DNA of 64,000 bases from the NCBI GenBank assembly GCA_964016885.1, contig OZ024755.1, positions 26,536,001-26,600,000 of the forward strand, given 5' to 3'. Source of the DNA: Eledone cirrhosa (Eukaryota). The notes beneath the pieces are model-generated. The model was not told where the DNA came from. It was given only the letters and a program-made list of their open reading frames with translations, and ran no database searches. The position numbers and the translations under genes were made by a program. The first letter of the stretch is position 1, and every line of letters begins with the position of its first letter. Positions 57,464 to 64,000 of the stretch are shown in pieces.

Positions 57464-58390
57464 TGAAGGTCATAACGAAGTCAAAATTACGTCAAGTTCC
57501 TATTAATAAAATTTCAACAAGTGTAGTGGATTGGTAGAGTAGGTAGGGCATCGAATAAAATAGCATTGTGGCATATATTCTAGATCTTTATATTCTGAGT
57601 TCAAATCTTACCGTGGTAAAATTTGCATTTCATCGTTCTGGGATCAGTAAAATAAAGTTCTATTTAAGTTTAAGAAAATTAACAAAAAAAGGGCAAAGAC
57701 AACGAACGGAAACAAAACAAAACGAATAACAATTTTTTAGAAGAAATCTTTAAAAAATATAAAAAAAAAATATACAAACGAAAGGCACAGAACTCCATGG
57801 TCATCGTCCGTTGAGATAGACTTGGGCAGTTTCGACCCCTACCAACGGTTCTGCTGGTCCATCCGGGGTCACAGTGTCTGACGTAAGCCAAATGTTGCCC
57901 AAAGGAGTAAGAGACGAAGGACAAAACATTAATTTATCTCCATTAAGCGAGTTATTCAACTTTGCCCGTCCCAGAAATTAGCTGGTTTTATGCTTAAGTT
58001 AGAAATCAATAAATCGTGAACATTAGTGTAAATTCGACACTAAAATAGTCAGTTTAGAGTCAGTACTAGTTTCCATACAAAGAAAATTTGTAATTTAGGA
58101 AAACCTGATGGTGTACGCTACTAATATAGTTACTCACACCTTGTTTATCATGGGATTAAAGCCACCGTAAATACACACTCGATATAGTTGTTATATTTGA
58201 TATAATTGCTTCTAGCTTTTATCTTTAATTTGTGTACAGAATATATCGAAACAAACTGAATATGAAAAATGAAAGAGTAATGTGAAAAAGCTATAAAGAA
58301 AAGTGAAAACGAGTATATCCGTGTTCGTGTTTCTAAGCGAACGCAACAATAGGTTAGACTATATCTACACATCTCTTTCTCGCACTCTCC

Positions 58391-58543
<153 letters not shown>

Positions 58544-58598
58544 ATATATATATAATAAATATATATATAGTAATAATGATAATAATAATAATAATAAT

Positions 58599-58675
<77 letters not shown>

Positions 58676-58741
58676 TTGAAGACTAAAATAAGGGTGAAAG
58701 CAGCGATTCTTTGCTTAAACTTTAATCTGTTATTTTAATTA

Positions 58742-58786
<45 letters not shown>

Positions 58787-58921
58787 AGTTAAACAAGGTT
58801 CAATGAATACATCAACGAATGGGTTTTACAATAGATTGAAAGCACACAACAACTAAGGTTTTCCAGAATTATTAATATTAATTCAAAATATTAACAAAAT
58901 AGATATTCTTGTGATCAAGTA

Positions 58922-58988
58922 TATTTTATTATACATATTTCAGAGGTACTGAGTTAAGTTCAACAGTACGTCCTCATCAGATAAAATA
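58922..58988 (-). ncRNA. Type I hammerhead ribozyme motif within a PLE remnant (about 58781-59078)
   Basis: UAUUUUAU-CUGAUGA-GGA-C-GUACUG(UUGAACUUAACU)CAGUAC-C-UCU-GAAA-UAUGUA-UA/AUAAAAUA; element between (TA)n tracts. Confidence 0.8.
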
Positions 58989-59076
58989 AGATGATGCATG
59001 ACCAATCCTGACATAGTAGATGGTTAAGATTCAGTCATGGTAGTGATTTCTATAGTGGCTTCAGAAGATCAGTAAA

Positions 59077-59126
<50 letters not shown>

Positions 59127-59187
59127 TATATATATATATATCTCTCTCCATAGATATGTGTGTGTATATGCGTTTGTGTATAAGTAA

Positions 59188-59219
<32 letters not shown>

Positions 59220-59577
59220 TCCTGTGTCTGTTTATGTATGTATGTATGTAGTAACCGAGTCTTCCCCAACAATCCTTTGAGTTTCGAGTTTTCGCTTTTT
59301 AAAATGAAGCTCAGTGGGGTTGCGTCTTTGAATAAATGCTTAAAATTCAGACTGTACATAGATGCAATAAAATTGGCTAGCTGATCTTAACTCTCAGAGA
59401 AAATTTATTGATATATTTTATTTCAATTCTATTTTAATGAACGCCGTCTTAACCTCATCTATTTTCAATGAGGCCATTTTACTTACATCAACTTGTATCT
59501 TCATCTCTCTCTCTCACTTTTTTTCATCCTGTTTTGTCTGTAACTGTTTCTTCCACCTGCTGTGTTTCTCGATATCC

Positions 59578-59608
<31 letters not shown>

Positions 59609-59642
59609 ACACGCACGCACGCACACACACAACACGCGTGCG

Positions 59643-59753
<111 letters not shown>

Positions 59754-59972
59754 GCACACAAGATGTAATACTAACAAAAATGTAGATGTTATGTCTGAGA
59801 AAAACACAAACATGCGCCATATCACCTGTAGAAGCTCGAAAATTCTCAGGAATAAATCCGAGCATATATATATATATATTATTTCTTCATTGTACTGTGT
59901 CGTTTGCTTTGTTATTTCTGTTTGCCTTTTGCATGCCCACGCCGAAATATACGATCTCGCTAAAATTATATT

Positions 59973-60056
<84 letters not shown>

Positions 60057-60139
60057 TATAATTGGCGTTGGATGCTTAAAGCGTCCGTATGCGGTAGGCC
60101 GTATGAGCACTCGATGCTCTCATAGAGCAGAGTAGTATG

Positions 60140-60225
60140 ATATCACAGAAAAAGAGAGAATCAGTGTTGCGACGAATGGAATTTATTGGACATTCGTCGC
60201 AACACTGATTCTCTTTTTTTTTGTG

Positions 60226-60229
<4 letters not shown>
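60140..60229. repeat. Short fold-back, about 39-bp arms, abutting (TA)n
   Basis: AGAGAATCAGTGTTGCGACGAATG / CATTCGTCGCAACACTGATTCTCT. Confidence 0.8.
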
Positions 60230-60320
<91 letters not shown>

Positions 60321-60357
60321 TAGTCAAAGCAGAATTGAACAGTATTAGATCTCGATA

Positions 60358-60686
60358 ATGAGAGTGCAAAACCTATCCTGGAAACGACATCCCACCTTGT
60401 CTAAAATCTATGGAAAACTCCCTCGAGCCTCTGCCCTTCTAAAATCCCGGAGAGCTCAATTTACTGGCCACTGTCACCGTGCCAGCAATGAAATCATATC
60501 CGCTCTCTTGCTCTGGAACCCTGACTCCAGCCTGACTAGGAGTAGGATGCTGTTATTCCCTGACGTTATCTCTAGGGATACGTTTATCAGTAGACGGGAC
60601 CTGGGGGCAGCGATGGGGGACAGGGAATTCTGGGGCATGAGGGTGAGATCCATCATCTCGACAGTAGTCGACGAATGATGATGATG
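60358..60686 (+). mobile_element. RTE-group LINE 3' end with (TGA)n tail and 11-bp TSD
   Basis: MRVQNLSWKRHPT...RRAQFTGHCHR...LLLWNP...DREFW; TSD AGATCTCGATA at 60347-60357 and 60687-60697. Confidence 0.9.
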
Positions 60687-61009
60687 AGATCTCGATATGT
60701 TGTAAAATTAGCTAGTATACAGCATCATCTGACGTTTATAATTGTCGGAAGTAGAGAGTAAAATATATTAAGATAAACAATGAAAGAAGAGAAAGAATTG
60801 TGTATGTATTCATTATCTCAGTATCGCTTCAACTAATCGGGAAGAATATCAAGCCTTATCCACTGATTCTAATTATTTCTGAATAAAGCCGGTAGATAAG
60901 GCATTTCCACTGTGTTACTCGACTGTAGCCATGTTGTAGTATCACCTTCAAGGATATATCGATTATATCGATTCCAGTATTTGACTGATACAGATTTTCT
61001 CGGGCGAAA

Positions 61010-61201
61010 AATAATTGTTTCTACTTTTGGCACAAGGCCAGCAATTACCACAGTGCATTACTGGGGCTTTATTTTATCGACCCTGTAAGGATGAAAGGCA
61101 AAGTTAACCTCGGCTGGATTTGATCTCAGAACGTAAAGGGCCATAACTATGCTGCAAAACATGGTGCCTGACGCTCTACCGATACTGCCAATCCACCGCC
61201 T
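61010..61201 (-). mobile_element. tRNA-derived SINE
   Basis: Full-length copy. Confidence 0.9.
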
Positions 61202-62253
61202 CGGTCTAAAAATAGTGAAAATAAATTTGACCAGAGCGGAATTTAAATTCAAAATATTTTTCCGGCGCTTAAACGAGTGTTGTAGACGTTAAATACTTGT
61301 ATTAACAATTTGTGATTAAAATCAACGACGCAAAAGTATGACTGATTCTTCATAGCTGCTATAGATGCATGTTACGAAACGTCCAAGTTTTCTACAGAAA
61401 TCTGATGGTAATTGGATGGTGTGTAAGTTAGTTTATATTAATAAGTTCAGATCTCACGGTGTACTCATAGTTGGACGACTACTAAACCACGTGTAGATAT
61501 TGTATTGGGTGTTGAATGAAAGAAAACTCTGACGCAATAGATAAATGTAATCTCCTCGTCTACTGTTATCTATTATATCAGTAGCTGACAGGCTTAGACG
61601 TCATCCAACTATGAAATACAACACGTGACTGAATTTACTAACAGAATCCCACTTTATACATAATTCAATAGCAATCAATCTTATTTGGAGCTTGTTACTC
61701 CCTTGATACTTAACAGTATCTATAAGTTAAGACATATGTTTACCTTATGAGAAAACTTATGTAATGCAGAAACCTTATGTAATACAAATATTTAATATAA
61801 ACAGGCACACATATGCTACATACATATATAGATATGTGTGTGTGTGTGTCTGTCTGTCTGTCTCTGTGCGTGCGTGTGTCAGTGGGCGTGTATGTGAGTA
61901 TCAGGGCTGAGATAGATATAAAATATTCGTAGTTGAACTTTCAATGACATTTCTAAAATGAGATAAATACAGAAATAGTAAAATATAATTATATCAATGA
62001 GGATTTTTTTACGTGTTAATACTGAAGTTAAAATTATAATTTAATCACTGGAAAACTGGGAGGAGATATTGACGGAAAGACATCTGGCACGATGAAGATG
62101 TCAAGAAAAGAGAAGTATTAAATTTGTTAAATTCTATAAATATATATAATGAAAAACAAAACACGTATTAGCATTCTCAGTAAGATTATCTGGAATTTAT
62201 AAATTGTGTTTTTTGGTGACCCAGCTAAGGTTCTTATTGTCATTATTGTCACT

Positions 62254-62466
62254 AGGCGGTGGATTGGCAGTATCGGTAGAGAGTCGGACACCATGCTTTG
62301 CAGCATAGAGTTACGGTCCTTTACGATCTGAGTTCAAATCCCGCCGATGTTAATTTTGCCTTTCATCCTTACTGGGTCGATAAAATAAAGCACCAGTAAC
62401 GTACTGGGGTCGATTTAATAGACTTTCCCCTCCTCCCAAATGCTGGCCTTGTGCCTATACTAGAAA
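62254..62466 (+). mobile_element. tRNA-derived SINE (long-tail subfamily), full length, 14-bp TSD
   Basis: TSD TCATTATTGTCACT at 62240-62253 and 62467-62480; A box TGGCAGTATCGG, B box GAGTTCAAATCC. Confidence 0.93.
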
Positions 62467-63341
62467 TCATTATTGTCACTGTTCCTAACAGATGAAACCA
62501 TTTTGGTGATCTCATTGTAGTGATTGGTTTTAGAGATATAAACATTAAACTTCAAATATCCTATTTATCTATTGTCATGACTGCTCACAATTGGTACCGT
62601 TAACCAACCCTGAATCAGCCTAAATATTAATGGTCACCGGAAAATAAAGATTGCGTTACTGATCATTTTGTCTAAAGGTCTGCACTTTTATTATAATGCA
62701 ATAGTTAATTATTCAGAAAAAAATTCGACCTACAATGATGCAATCGTAATGCCCTGATTTTTCAGAAATGCAATAAACGCTGCGATGCGGAAAATCACTT
62801 GTGCCATCAAAATGACATCACTTCCAAGTAAACGTTTTGAATGGATCTTGAGAGAAGAAAATTATTTCCGTTGTTAACAATATTAATTTCTTTTTTGATA
62901 CGTTGATACGAGAAACCAATGCTGATTATCTGAAAAACTATCGCCTCATCAGATATAAATAATCAACATACATTTCCTGAAATAATATCAAATGTTGCCA
63001 ATGTTGTCACAGAAATCTCACATATCTTCTTGGATAAATCAATAAATGTATAAATGTCGATTAGACATTTATTTAGATTTTAACAACTTATTAAGCAAGG
63101 GTCATATGAAATATTGCTTTAGAAAGCAGCAGTTTATCGAGTTAAATGTAATCTAAGAAACCTGATTTGTCAACTCGAAGAAAACTAGGAGAAACCTGGA
63201 GAAATAAATAGAGAGCATTTATCTTTTGTTTCAAATAGAAAAGACTTCCTGTGGAGTCCTAAATATGTTTGTTTTGGGTCCAACATTATTTAACATCAAC
63301 AAAACTGATGTCATTTGGTAAATTTAGCAAGCTTTTGATAC

Positions 63342-63562
63342 TGATGATTTCTAACACAGGCACAAGGCCAGACATATTGAAGTAGGTGTATAGTTGATCA
63401 TAATGCCTCCAGTAATTTACTGGCAATTGGTTTCTCGACCACAGAAAAATAAAAGACAGAATGGACTTCGTCTGGATTTGAACTCAGAATACAAAAGGTT
63501 GTATCTAAATATATGGAGGCATCTTGTCCCTTCTTTTTCCGGTTGTGCAAATCTGCTGACCT
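63342..63562 (-). mobile_element. Degenerate tRNA-derived SINE
   Basis: GGCACAAGGCCAG and GGATTTGAACTCAGAA remnants. Confidence 0.65.
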
Positions 63563-64000
63563 TATAATGGTTATTATATTACAAACGCACTTAAAGATGA
63601 TTGTAAAAAGATCTGAATGAAATTCAATATAAATAGGCTAATAATAGATAATTGTGATTTAATGTCAAAAATTGGAAATATTTCGTTCTGACAAAAAGAT
63701 ACAAGTTAAGATTTTTGTCTTAATTATATTTTAAGTGCAACATTTAACAAAGGATATTATTTAGCTACAAAAGACATCACACAAACGATGGGAGATAGGA
63801 AATACCATACTAGGCACGTTTATAAGCAACTTATCTGAATGAAGTTTATAAACGTTTGATAGACTATTTCTTTCGAGACACACAGTAAATCATATTTCAC
63901 TTAACTTACGTTGGCCTAACAATTATATGTTAAATGGTTTCTTGGCAGAATTAATTACTTCTCAAAATGGTGTATGTCTTCTCATTAGGTTTTCAGTAGT

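Overview
AT-rich, microsatellite-saturated animal DNA, most likely intronic or intergenic sequence from a cephalopod. Octopus is inferred from the SINE family and repeat landscape and was not verified by search. No host protein-coding gene is recognisable; nearly all ORFs in the track are translations of (TA)n, (CA)n, (GA)n or (TACA)n repeats. The interpretable content is retroelement debris. (1) About 20 copies of a tRNA-derived SINE with a MetaSINE-like core, several with clear TSDs. (2) 5'-truncated RLE-type LINEs: two Dong/R4-like copies in (TAA)n, an R4-like lineage found only in (TACA)n tracts, and one CRE-like end. (3) RTE-type and Ingi/Vingi-like 3' ends. (4) A Penelope-like GIY-YIG endonuclease fragment. 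(5) Many short elements next to (TA)n, often fold-back palindromes, carrying hammerhead ribozyme (HHR) motifs. Four sequence-divergent HHRs share one unusual architecture: a 3-bp stem II base, a C-C (once C-U) mismatch, an extended helix, a palindromic or near-palindromic 8-nt stem III and an AUA cleavage triplet. All structures were folded by eye and element boundaries are approximate.
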